Positions 44,891-52,715 of a DNA stretch of 64,000 nt are shown one piece after another. The stretch spans positions 12,286 to 76,285 of the forward strand of contig JAJQCT010000008.1 in NCBI GenBank assembly GCA_021202555.1, written 5' to 3'. Below the pieces are notes generated by a model that was given only the letters and a program-made list of their open reading frames with translations, ran no database searches and had not been told where the DNA came from. The position numbers and the translations under genes are program-made. The stretch's first letter is position 1; each line of letters begins with the position of its first letter. The DNA is from Clostridiales bacterium. GTDB taxonomy: Bacteria > Bacillota > Clostridia > Oscillospirales > CAG-272.

Positions 44891-44919
44891 ATCATATCAC
44901 GTCATCATTCGCTTGTCAA
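44891..44919 (-). promoter_or_regulatory. sigma-A promoter driving the L-box leader
   Basis: On the minus strand this reads TTGACA (44919-44914), a 17-nt spacer ending in TGA, then TATGAT (44896-44891). Confidence 0.65.
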
Positions 44920-44978
44920 GAGTATTTTGTGAATTTTTTCGTTTCTCTCCGGCAAGGAAAAAAATTTTGAAATAACCC

Positions 44979-45008
44979 TTGACAAAGCCGGCAAGGGTGT
45001 GGTATAAT
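44979..45008 (+). promoter_or_regulatory. sigma-A promoter for the tRNA pair
   Basis: TTGACA (44979-44984), 18-nt spacer, TGG-TATAAT (45000-45008). tRNA-Gly starts about 12 nt after the predicted TSS. Confidence 0.65.
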
Positions 45009-45026
45009 ACTCACGCCATATGAAAA

Positions 45027-45097
45027 GCGGGTGTATTTCAATGGCAGAAAACCGGCTTCCCAAGCCGAGAACGCGGGTTCGATTCCCGTCATCCGCT
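45027..45097 (+). tRNA. tRNA-Gly (anticodon CCC)
   Basis: Hand-folded cloverleaf: GCGGGTG TA TTTC AATGGCA GAAA A CCGGC TTCCCAA GCCGA GAAC GCGGG TTCGATT CCCGT CATCCGC T. One 27:43 mismatch and two G-U pairs. No encoded CCA. Confidence 0.85.
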
Positions 45098-45105
45098 GAA
45101 AATAC

Positions 45106-45178
45106 GGGGGCATAGCTCAGCTGGGAGAGCGGTGCGTTCGCAACGCACAGGTCATGGGTTCGAGTCCCACTGTCTCCA
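45106..45178 (+). tRNA. tRNA-Ala (anticodon CGC)
   Basis: GGGGGCA TA GCTC AGCTGGGA GAGC G GTGCG TTCGCAA CGCAC AGGTC ATGGG TTCGAGT CCCAC TGTCTCC A. The G3:U70 alanine identity pair is present. One A49-C65 mismatch. No encoded CCA. Confidence 0.85.
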
Positions 45179-45268
45179 AACTGTTGACCGCCATAGCACA
45201 GCTATGGCGGTCAAAGTATAAAATATTCCGCAAAGCGGAATATTTCGGTGCACGAAATGAAGTATGCG

Positions 45269-45295
45269 ATATTCCGCTCTGCGGAATATTTTTTT
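45269..45295 (+). terminator. intrinsic terminator ending the tRNA operon
   Basis: ATATTCCGC-TCT-GCGGAATAT followed by TTTTTT (45290-45295). It is the third of three hairpins after tRNA-Ala. Confidence 0.7.
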
Positions 45296-45536
45296 GCGCT
45301 GTGCTGTCGCGTCGTCCGTTCAAAACGCGGCAGCATTCATATTACGTTCGTTTCACACTGATTTTTACATATTTTGACCTCACATACCGTAATTTGTACG
45401 TTTAGAATTTATGTATTGCCACAGGTTATGAATTTACATTTTATCTTTAACATCTTCGTTTTTTTACGAAAAGCCCCGAATAGTCAAATTTGCGCAAAAA
45501 AATTGTGCGAAATCCGAGCTTTTTCGGCAAAACCAC

Positions 45537-45565
45537 TTGACAAAAATTTTATAATGGTATATAAT
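45537..45565 (+). promoter_or_regulatory. sigma-A promoter for the surface protein gene
   Basis: TTGACA (45537-45542), 17-nt spacer, TATAAT (45560-45565). Confidence 0.65.
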
Positions 45566-45635
45566 GAATGCGGTATATGAATTTTCCCGTTTTGGCGTGG
45601 AGATTCAAAAAATTTTTATGGAGGTCTTCAGTGAA

Positions 45636-47459
45636 ATGAAGAAACTAATCCCAATTGCGGTGATGCTGGCTGTTGTCGTATGCTGCTTCGCCGTATTCAC
45701 AACCGCTGATGAGACGGACGAAGGGCTTGTTGCATATTACGAGCTTTCGGCTGACCTCACAGACTCGGTAGGCAGCGCAGACGGCTCGCTTGTTTACCAC
45801 AACATCACGACAACTGACGCAGACGAAGCAGACGTAAGCGAATACACGGCTACGTTTGCGGACGGTTCGCTTGTAATCGAGAGCGCAAGCGAATATGGCA
45901 TCATGCTTCCCGTAACGGGAATCGAAGATGAGTTTACAATCGTCGTTACGCTTTCGATAGATGCCGAAACATCGGGCAGCTGGTGGTCACCGCTTCTCTT
46001 TGTCGGCAGCACCGATCAGGAAACCCAAAATTACATTGCGGTTATCCCGGGAGATCATCTTGACCTTCGTGTTAATCCGAACTGGTTACAGGTAGACGGA
46101 AACGTATATACGCTTCCCTCCGATGAAGTAACGGTTACAATTGTGTATGACAACGGCACCGTATATTACTATGTAGACGGTGTTTACATGGGTTCATGCA
46201 CGGACGAGCTTAATCCTTGGGACACTGACGGATGCGCAATCTACCTCGCAGCAAACGCTTGGGGCGATACGAACACGGCTGCTTCCTACAGCGAGCTTTC
46301 CGTTTACTCATATGCTCTCACCACACCCGAGGTTGAGAGAATAACCGAGACGCCGACCGACAACGAGGTTCCTTCAAGCTACTACGCGGCATACGTTGAC
46401 GACGGAAACGGAAGCTGGGGCGGCGACGAGGCTACGACGGCTGACAAGGCTTGGGACGGCGACACCGCAACATATTATGACAGCGCTAACGGCTCTGACG
46501 TTTACACGGGCGTACAGCTCACAGAAGCAACTGCGGTTACATATGTGGGCGTTTATCCGAGAGACGGATATTCATATCGTCTCCGCTTCGCTGAAATTCA
46601 GGGCTCGACCGACGGCACAACATGGGTAACGCTTTACACCATCGGCACCGATGAATACGCAGAGGGAGAGTGGACATACTACGCTATCACCGATGAGACG
46701 GCTTATACGTACTATAGGCTCCTGACACCGAACACAAACTGCAACCCCGCAGAAATAGTGCTCTACTCCACGGCTGAATTTACTTCGTCGGATGAACCGT
46801 CAACAGGAACAGATGAACCCGCAGGAACAGATGAGCCGGCTGAGACTGATGAGCCTACAGAGACCGACAGCACCGTGACGGGAACGGCTGACGACGTTGT
46901 AATCACGACATTCGCTGGTGCGTCAACAGGAACGCTCTCGTTCACCACGGATTTCTCGCTCACATATTCGTTCACGAATACATCGACAGGCTCCAACAAC
47001 TGGGACAACTTCATCGTTGAAGTCTATAACGCTGACGGCGTTTACGTAACAGTAAGAGCAGACAACTACGGCTGGCTTGCAAATCAGACTGATACCACCG
47101 ACACAATCACGTTCGGCGACGGACTTGACGAGGACGGATGGGCAGCTTGGAACGCGGCTATGGCAGCAGGCAGCGAATGCACAGTGACGGTCGTGAAGTC
47201 AGGCACAACGGTGACGATTACGTGCAATTGCGGCGGTGCGACGTTTACCGCTACCGCTACTGTATCGGAATTTGAGGATGCAGACCTGACGGTTCACCTC
47301 ACGGGCGAAAATGTCAATCTTTCAACCGTATCTTACTCATATACGGCAGGCACGACCTCAACTCCCACTTCCCCGCAGACAGGCTTTGCTGTTGTGGGAC
47401 TTGCAGCTGTAGCTGTAATTTCCGGCGCGGCTCTCGTAGTATCAAAGCGCAGATTCTGA
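45636..47459 (+). CDS. sortase-anchored cell-surface protein (LamG-like + discoidin/F5-F8-type-C-like domains, SPQTG sorting signal)
   Basis: 607 aa counted from MKKLIPIAVMLAVVVCCFAVFTTADE (signal peptide, GGAGG RBS). LVAYYELSADLTDSVG...LSVYSYALT is LamG-like (concanavalin fold). KAWDGDTATYYDS...YRLRFAEIQGSTDGTTW is discoidin-like. There is a TDEP-repeat linker. The C-terminus is SPQTG, then a hydrophobic stretch, then KRRF. Confidence 0.7.
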   Translation: MKKLIPIAVMLAVVVCCFAVFTTADETDEGLVAYYELSADLTDSVGSADGSLVYHNITTTDADEADVSEYTATFADGSLVIESASEYGIMLPVTGIEDEFTIVVTLSIDAETSGSWWSPLLFVGSTDQETQNYIAVIPGDHLDLRVNPNWLQVDGNVYTLPSDEVTVTIVYDNGTVYYYVDGVYMGSCTDELNPWDTDGCAIYLAANAWGDTNTAASYSELSVYSYALTTPEVERITETPTDNEVPSSYYAAYVDDGNGSWGGDEATTADKAWDGDTATYYDSANGSDVYTGVQLTEATAVTYVGVYPRDGYSYRLRFAEIQGSTDGTTWVTLYTIGTDEYAEGEWTYYAITDETAYTYYRLLTPNTNCNPAEIVLYSTAEFTSSDEPSTGTDEPAGTDEPAETDEPTETDSTVTGTADDVVITTFAGASTGTLSFTTDFSLTYSFTNTSTGSNNWDNFIVEVYNADGVYVTVRADNYGWLANQTDTTDTITFGDGLDEDGWAAWNAAMAAGSECTVTVVKSGTTVTITCNCGGATFTATATVSEFEDADLTVHLTGENVNLSTVSYSYTAGTTSTPTSPQTGFAVVGLAAVAVISGAALVVSKRRF

Positions 47460-47530
47460 TAAAGCAAAGCGCAAAGGAAAATCGTGTATCATCGTAAGCT
47501 TCGGATTTACGGTTTTCGATTTTCTCAAAT

Positions 47531-47566
47531 AAAACACGCGGACTTATGCCCGCGTGTTTTTATTTG
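47531..47566 (+). terminator. intrinsic terminator after the surface protein gene
   Basis: AAAACACGCGG / CCGCGTGTTTT stem with an 8-nt loop, followed by a TTTTTATTT run. Confidence 0.8.
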
Positions 47567-47729
47567 TGTCAAATCGCGGGCGGCACAGTGCCGCGCCCGA
47601 TATACAGCGATAACTCAATGAAATACGGTTTTAATCATCGCTGAACATAAGCGCTGAGCATATAATATGATAGCAATTCAACGGTTCGTTCGCGCAGCAG
47701 AAGGATTCGCGCACGGCGCGCTGCAAATA

Positions 47730-47778
47730 AAAACGCCTCCGAGAGCAAAGCGCCGCCCTCGGAGGTTTGTTTTATTTT
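47730..47778. terminator. bidirectional terminator ending the ABC-2/GldG/DUF4340 operon
   Basis: CCTCCGAG...CTCGGAGG stem flanked by AATAAAAACG upstream and TTTGTTTTATTTT downstream. It lies 13 nt beyond the DUF4340 stop. Confidence 0.7.
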
Positions 47779-47790
47779 CACTAATTCGTT

Positions 47791-49017
47791 TTACTCGAAG
47801 CTCACGCCCGCAGCCGCAAGCATCGTCACGAAATCCTCGTAAAGCATACGATATACGCAGTCGCTGCCGTCTACCGCGATGTAAATATACTCCGTCGTGG
47901 TATCTTCGGATGATGTCGCATCTTCTTCAGAAGATGTATCTTCGTCATAAGATGTATCGTCTTCTGATGTTGTATCATCTTCTTCTGATGATGTCTCCTC
48001 CGTTACGGTGAAGGTATCGCCGAAGTAAATCACAAACGTGATCTCCTGCTGTATGGAAGCCGATGAAACGCCGTCGTCAGTGTCAACATCCACATAATCG
48101 TAATATTGAAGCGTAAGCGTCGCCGTCGGATCATCAAGACCGTATTCAGCCATTCCGTCCTCGTCAACGCCGTATGCTACGTTATAGGTGTATGTGAGGT
48201 GTATATCGTACTGAAGTCCGCTCATGATTACATCAACGGGAGCGTCTTCATCTTCTTCGTCAGAGGATGTGTCTTCAGAAGATGTGTCGTCTGAAGATGT
48301 GTCGTCTGAAGATGTGTCCTCAGCGGTCGTTTCTTCCTCCTCGGAAAGATCAACCACGTAGGTTGTCCCGTCATACTCGATTTCAAGCGAGATTATGTCA
48401 TCGACATCGGGCGTCGGGACATCCTCACCCTCAAAGAGCGTCGCGAGCGTGTAGCTGTAATACTCAAAGATAGCGTCTCCCACCATGTAGACGTAGGTGT
48501 CGTCCTCAACCCAGAAATAATAATACCCCGTGAGCGAATTTTCGGCGCCGACATAGCAGTGATTCGTATATTCGCAGCCGTCATCGTCCGTATACGTCGC
48601 CGTTATTTCATACGTCGGGTCATCAAATCCGTAAACCGAGAAGTTGTCCTCAACGTAATCAAGCCGCCTGTACCCACCGTAATCCGAAATCGCCGCCGCC
48701 ATATAATAAACGGTCTCCTGATTGAGCGGGTACGCCTCGTCGTCATCAAGCAGCCATTCCGAGCCGTCATCGGAGACGTGCATTGAAACGGTTTCACCCG
48801 AATATGTGTACGAAAGCGCCGTCATATCTGTATAATCCTCGTCGATTATCGTAAACGTGCCTTCCTCGCCCTCGTCGGTTTCCGTCGTATCGTCGTCGTC
48901 ATCGTCGGTGGAGACGTTCGTTATCACAAAATAAACAACTATCAGGAGCAGCAGTACAACAGCGGAAATTATGATTGTCCGTATCTGCCGCATCTCTTTT
49001 CTTTTTTTCGAGTTCAT
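47791..49017 (-). CDS. DUF4340 domain protein with S/T/D/E low-complexity inserts
   Basis: 408 aa counted from MNSKKRKEMRQIRTIIISAVVLLLLIVV (ATG at 49017, GGAGG RBS). N-terminal TM. Position after a GldG-like gene is typical for DUF4340. Acidic tracts include TAEDTSSDDTSSDDTSSEDTSSDEEDED and EETSSEEDDTTSEDDTSYDEDTSSEEDATSSEDTTTE. Confidence 0.6.
   Translation of the reverse strand: MNSKKRKEMRQIRTIIISAVVLLLLIVVYFVITNVSTDDDDDDTTETDEGEEGTFTIIDEDYTDMTALSYTYSGETVSMHVSDDGSEWLLDDDEAYPLNQETVYYMAAAISDYGGYRRLDYVEDNFSVYGFDDPTYEITATYTDDDGCEYTNHCYVGAENSLTGYYYFWVEDDTYVYMVGDAIFEYYSYTLATLFEGEDVPTPDVDDIISLEIEYDGTTYVVDLSEEEETTAEDTSSDDTSSDDTSSEDTSSDEEDEDAPVDVIMSGLQYDIHLTYTYNVAYGVDEDGMAEYGLDDPTATLTLQYYDYVDVDTDDGVSSASIQQEITFVIYFGDTFTVTEETSSEEDDTTSEDDTSYDEDTSSEEDATSSEDTTTEYIYIAVDGSDCVYRMLYEDFVTMLAAAGVSFE
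48263..48322. repeat. 4 x 15-nt in-frame tandem repeat inside the DUF4340 gene
   Basis: GAGGATGTGTCTTCA / GAAGATGTGTCGTCT / GAAGATGTGTCGTCT / GAAGATGTGTCCTCA. On the coding strand this encodes the (E/D)DTSS pentapeptide repeats. Confidence 0.9.
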
Positions 49018-49032
49018 TCGCACCTCCAAAAA

Positions 49033-50544
49033 TCAGCGTCTTCTGCGCCTTACATAGATTACGATTCCCGGGATAAGCGCCGCGAGCGGTATTATCGCGA
49101 TGAAAAGCACCGTGAGCGCAATCTGCTCCGTCGTTGTCGAAATCGAGAGGTAATCGGTGCTTGCAACCGTTATACCGTCAATGCTTACCGATTCCGTCAC
49201 GTCGCATACCTGAACCATGGTGTAAAGGAACACGTAAGCGTCTATCGAGTTATAGTAGTAATATACATATTCGTCGCATATATCGGTGGATGAGAACCAT
49301 ATGAACGCGGCTCCAGTGTCGGAATCCTCCGAAATCGCGCCGAGATAGAAGGGACCCGATTCGTCGTCGTCCTCCTGACTGCGCACGCCGTCCCCCTTCG
49401 CCACGACATATGACGATGAGGACGTGGTGAGAAGCGGAGATACCACCATGTCGCCTTCGTAATCCTCATATTCGATTATCGCGTGTGACGAGCTCATTCT
49501 CGGGCTGTAGCCCTCAAGATATTCGAGCAGACCGTAAGCCTCAATATCGGGCACGAGTATATCCTTCGTTCCAGAGTAATAGTTCGAGTCCGAATCAAGC
49601 ACCATCCCGTCTACCGCCGAAAGCCCGCAGTACTCGGCAAGCGCAAGGAAATTCGGCAAATCCTCGCTCGAATAATGGTTAAGACCCGTGACGAGAAGTA
49701 TCTTTCCGCCGCCGTCGATATATTCCTCGAGAAGCTCAAGCTCTCCCGCGGCTATATCCGTTTCGGGATCGTTGATGATTATCATCGCCGCGTCCTCGGG
49801 TATGCCCGAATCGGCTATACTCGAAATTTCGCCCCATTCAATGCTCATCAGGCTCTCAATCGATGTCGAGAACATAGACGGAACGTCGTCCTCGCCATGT
49901 CCCGTAAGCACGTATACAGACGGTATGATTTCGGATGTGACATAATTTATCGCGGACGTCAGCATCGAGTCGCCGTAGAACGCGCTGTACGACATATCCG
50001 TTATATCTGTGTAGCCGTAATAGGTATAATACGAATAGTAGTAGTTTTCAAAGTTCTCCTGCTCATCCTCGGAGTAGTAAAAATCGACGTAGCTCACCAT
50101 CTCGGAGCGCAGCTCGCTTACCACCACGACGCTGTTTTCACGTTCGATTTCGTTATCCTCGACAAAGGTGGGGTTTGCTTCGGGATCAAGCATCTCAACC
50201 GTGATATGAGACGACAAATCAGCGTACTGCGTCACGAAATTATATAAAATCGTGTCTCTGTTCACCAATGTCGAGACATAATAAATCGTCACGTCCATGT
50301 CAAGCTCATCGAGTATGTCAAGCGTCGTGTCGGATATTGAATAATAATCCGTCGTCGAGGTTGAAATATTCGTGTACTTGGTCGGGATTGCAGCGACAAT
50401 TAAGTTAATCACGACGGCGGCGACGACGACGATTACCATCATTGCCGTGCTGTAGCCGCCGAGACGGCGCGAAACCTTTTTATATTTTTTTGCTTCCGCC
50501 TCGCTTGCGGTCGTCTCATCATTTTTGTTTTTTCCGAATGCCAT
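49033..50544 (-). CDS. GldG-like auxiliary component of an ABC-2 transport system
   Basis: 503 aa counted from MAFGKNKND (ATG at 50544, GGGAGGGAAG RBS). N-terminal and C-terminal TM anchors bracket a large extracytoplasmic domain. The C-terminus is ...IPGIVIYVRRRRR. Confidence 0.65.
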   Translation of the reverse strand: MAFGKNKNDETTASEAEAKKYKKVSRRLGGYSTAMMVIVVVAAVVINLIVAAIPTKYTNISTSTTDYYSISDTTLDILDELDMDVTIYYVSTLVNRDTILYNFVTQYADLSSHITVEMLDPEANPTFVEDNEIERENSVVVVSELRSEMVSYVDFYYSEDEQENFENYYYSYYTYYGYTDITDMSYSAFYGDSMLTSAINYVTSEIIPSVYVLTGHGEDDVPSMFSTSIESLMSIEWGEISSIADSGIPEDAAMIIINDPETDIAAGELELLEEYIDGGGKILLVTGLNHYSSEDLPNFLALAEYCGLSAVDGMVLDSDSNYYSGTKDILVPDIEAYGLLEYLEGYSPRMSSSHAIIEYEDYEGDMVVSPLLTTSSSSYVVAKGDGVRSQEDDDESGPFYLGAISEDSDTGAAFIWFSSTDICDEYVYYYYNSIDAYVFLYTMVQVCDVTESVSIDGITVASTDYLSISTTTEQIALTVLFIAIIPLAALIPGIVIYVRRRRR

Positions 50545-50563
50545 AATAACGCTTCCCTCCCGA

Positions 50564-51439
50564 TTATGAATTCCAGCGGCGCTTTTCGACCGACTGAACA
50601 GTGATGAACACGAACACAAACGCAATTGTGATATAGTAGACTATCGCCGTGAGGTCAAGTATTTCGTATCCAACCGAATTGAAGAATTTATCAAATATCG
50701 AAAGCCCGTAAAGGATGTTGGCGAAAAGCCCCGAAAAGGCGTCAGCGTCAAAAATGTACCAGATAAAGCATCCGAGAGCCGGAACAGCCGCACATACAAT
50801 TCCCATAGTCGTGTCGCGCGTCAGGAATCTGACAATCAGCCCGAAAATCAGCGCCACGACGTAAAGACATACGAGTGAGAAAAGCGATGAGCTCGGAAGC
50901 ACCGAGACAATATTTGAAAGGAAATAAAGCAGGAAAAATACGCCGACCGACGTCACGGCGGCAACTATCTGATTTTCCGAAAGAGAGGAGAAAAATGTTC
51001 CCATCGCGACCATGGCAGCCAAGAGGAAGAAAAGCGTCAGCCATGTCGCGTATACCGTCGCGAAATTGATAGTTCCGAAAAGCGAGAAAATCAGAGGATA
51101 AAAAGCCGCGACAAGAAGCGGTATTGCCACAAAGGTCATCTCGGCGAGATATTTCGCGACGATAATCTTCCATGTCGGTATCGGCAGCGAGAGAAGAAGC
51201 TGCTCCGTTTTGTCGTGGCGCTCGCTCGCGACGGATTTCATCGTCACAAACGGGATAAGCACGACGTAAATGCAGTAGCCTATCATGTAAATAAGCACAT
51301 AATCAAATACGGGGGCAAGCGCATTTACGTTGATGACGACTGTGAAAAAGCCGATAAACACAAGCGTTACCGCCATAATCACCCAGCCGAGCATATTGTT
51401 AAAATATGAGCGCAGCTCCTTTTTATAAACAGCAAGCAT
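50564..51439 (-). CDS. ABC-2 type transporter permease (GldF-like)
   Basis: 291 aa, 6-7 TM, N-terminus MLAVYKKELRSYFNN typical of ABC-2 permeases. The start codon overlaps the ATPase stop (TAATG). Confidence 0.8.
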   Translation of the reverse strand: MLAVYKKELRSYFNNMLGWVIMAVTLVFIGFFTVVINVNALAPVFDYVLIYMIGYCIYVVLIPFVTMKSVASERHDKTEQLLLSLPIPTWKIIVAKYLAEMTFVAIPLLVAAFYPLIFSLFGTINFATVYATWLTLFFLLAAMVAMGTFFSSLSENQIVAAVTSVGVFFLLYFLSNIVSVLPSSSLFSLVCLYVVALIFGLIVRFLTRDTTMGIVCAAVPALGCFIWYIFDADAFSGLFANILYGLSIFDKFFNSVGYEILDLTAIVYYITIAFVFVFITVQSVEKRRWNS

Positions 51440-52563
51440 TATTCGTCGTCCTCCCCGTCATCTTCGTCATCTTCGTCTTCTACGTCTTCATCTTCATTTT
51501 CGTCTTCGTCTTCTACGTCTTCTTCGTCTTCGTCGTCATACTCGTCGTCGTCCCATTCGACATCGGCATCTTCGTCGTTATCTTCATCATCAGACTCATC
51601 GGCGTGTTCCTTTTCCTTCTTTTCGCCCTCATCGGAGCCGGTAAGCTTCAGGAATATTTCCTCAAGCGATTCCTCCTCGACGGTTGACTCCATTATGGCG
51701 CATCTTTCGTCGGAGAATGCGAAAAATACAGTCTCGCGCAAATCCGCGTCTGTCGGATAGCAGAGCTTGACCTTTGAAACTGTGCCGTCCGTTTCGGTGA
51801 TTTCGTAGGACGTTATCTCCGGAATTTTGCCGAGAACGAGGGCGACTGTTTCGGAGGGCGCCTTGACGGTGACGTCCATTATGGTTTCGGACTTCATCGA
51901 GCTGCTGATGTTCTCCATCGTGTCGTTGGCGACGATTTTCCCGTGCGATATGACGAGAATCATGTCGCATACGCTCGCGACCTCGGTCAGTATGTGACTT
52001 GAAAGAATTACCGTTCTGTTTTCCTCGCCGAGAGACTTGATAAGGTCGCGGATTTCGATAATCTGCTGCGGGTCAAGCCCGACCGTCGGCTCGTCGAGAA
52101 TAATCACCTCGGGGTCGCCTATCATCGCCTGTGCGATTCCGACACGCTGCCGATAGCCCTTTGAAAGGTTGCGGATAAGGCGGTCTTTTACATCGTAAAT
52201 CGCCGTCTCCTCCATGACGTAATCAAGCTCCTCCTCGATTTCGCTTCTCTTGACGCCCTTGCATTCGGCGACAAAGCGAAGATACTCATACGGCGTCATA
52301 TCCGTATAAAGCGGGGGCAGCTCCGGCAGGTAGCCTATATACGATTTTGCCTCTATAGGCTCCTCGACAATGCTGTAGCCGTTTACCGTAACCTCTCCGG
52401 ATGTCGGCGCAAGGCATCCTGTGATGATATTCATCGTCGTTGACTTTCCGGCGCCGTTCGGTCCCAAAAATCCGTAGATTTTTCCCGGTTCGACGGTGAA
52501 GCTTATATCATCGACCGCGAGATTTTCGCCGTACTTTTTCGTAAGGTGTGACACTTCAATCAC
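51439..52563 (-). CDS. ABC transporter ATP-binding protein with about 66-aa poly-acidic C-terminal tail
   Basis: I propose the GTG at 52563 as the start (AGGAGG RBS 9 nt upstream), which gives (M)IEVSHLTKKYG. Walker A GPNGAGKST, signature LSKGYRQR, Walker B IILDEPTVGLD. The tail is GSDEGEKKEKEHADESDDEDNDEDADVEWDDDEYDDEDEEDVEDEDENEDEDVEDEDDEDDGEDDE. Confidence 0.85.
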   Translation of the reverse strand: MIEVSHLTKKYGENLAVDDISFTVEPGKIYGFLGPNGAGKSTTMNIITGCLAPTSGEVTVNGYSIVEEPIEAKSYIGYLPELPPLYTDMTPYEYLRFVAECKGVKRSEIEEELDYVMEETAIYDVKDRLIRNLSKGYRQRVGIAQAMIGDPEVIILDEPTVGLDPQQIIEIRDLIKSLGEENRTVILSSHILTEVASVCDMILVISHGKIVANDTMENISSSMKSETIMDVTVKAPSETVALVLGKIPEITSYEITETDGTVSKVKLCYPTDADLRETVFFAFSDERCAIMESTVEEESLEEIFLKLTGSDEGEKKEKEHADESDDEDNDEDADVEWDDDEYDDEDEEDVEDEDENEDEDVEDEDDEDDGEDDE

Positions 52564-52639
52564 AGCTCTTATCCTCCTCATATTTTTACGCGCAGAGGCG
52601 CTTACTTTATATTTGCTTATCAAGTATACCGCTTCACAT

Positions 52640-52667
52640 TATGAAACGGTCATAGACCGTTTTCATA
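52640..52667. repeat. palindrome TATGAAACGGTC-ATA-GACCGTTTTCATA (copy B1; core identical to B2)
   Basis: Read directly from the sequence. The 20-mer GAAACGGTCATAGACCGTTT occurs at 52643-52662 and again at 52691-52710. Confidence 0.9.
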
Positions 52668-52686
52668 AAAATTGCGCTACAGTGAC

Positions 52687-52715
52687 TTGAGAAACGGTCA
52701 TAGACCGTTTCTCAA
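52687..52715. repeat. 13-bp-arm perfect palindrome TTGAGAAACGGTC-ATA-GACCGTTTCTCAA (copy B2 of the shared element)
   Basis: Read directly from the sequence. The 44-nt block 52684-52727 aligns to 33781-33824 with 5 differences: 3 in the loop and 2 compensatory in the stem. Confidence 0.9.

Noticed and set aside
45154-45405. ORFs overlapping the tRNA genes and their downstream hairpins (44916-45113, 45117-45323, 45154-45405).
   Set aside because: The region is explained by two cloverleaf tRNAs plus terminator hairpins. The ORFs have no translation signals.
51439-51639. Acidic tail of the ABC ATPase as a frameshift or fusion artefact.
   Set aside because: The tail is in frame and contiguous with the NBD, with no intervening stop or RBS. 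Its stop overlaps the permease start in a typical coupled arrangement. Only read-level data could show otherwise, so I kept it as a real feature and flagged it.
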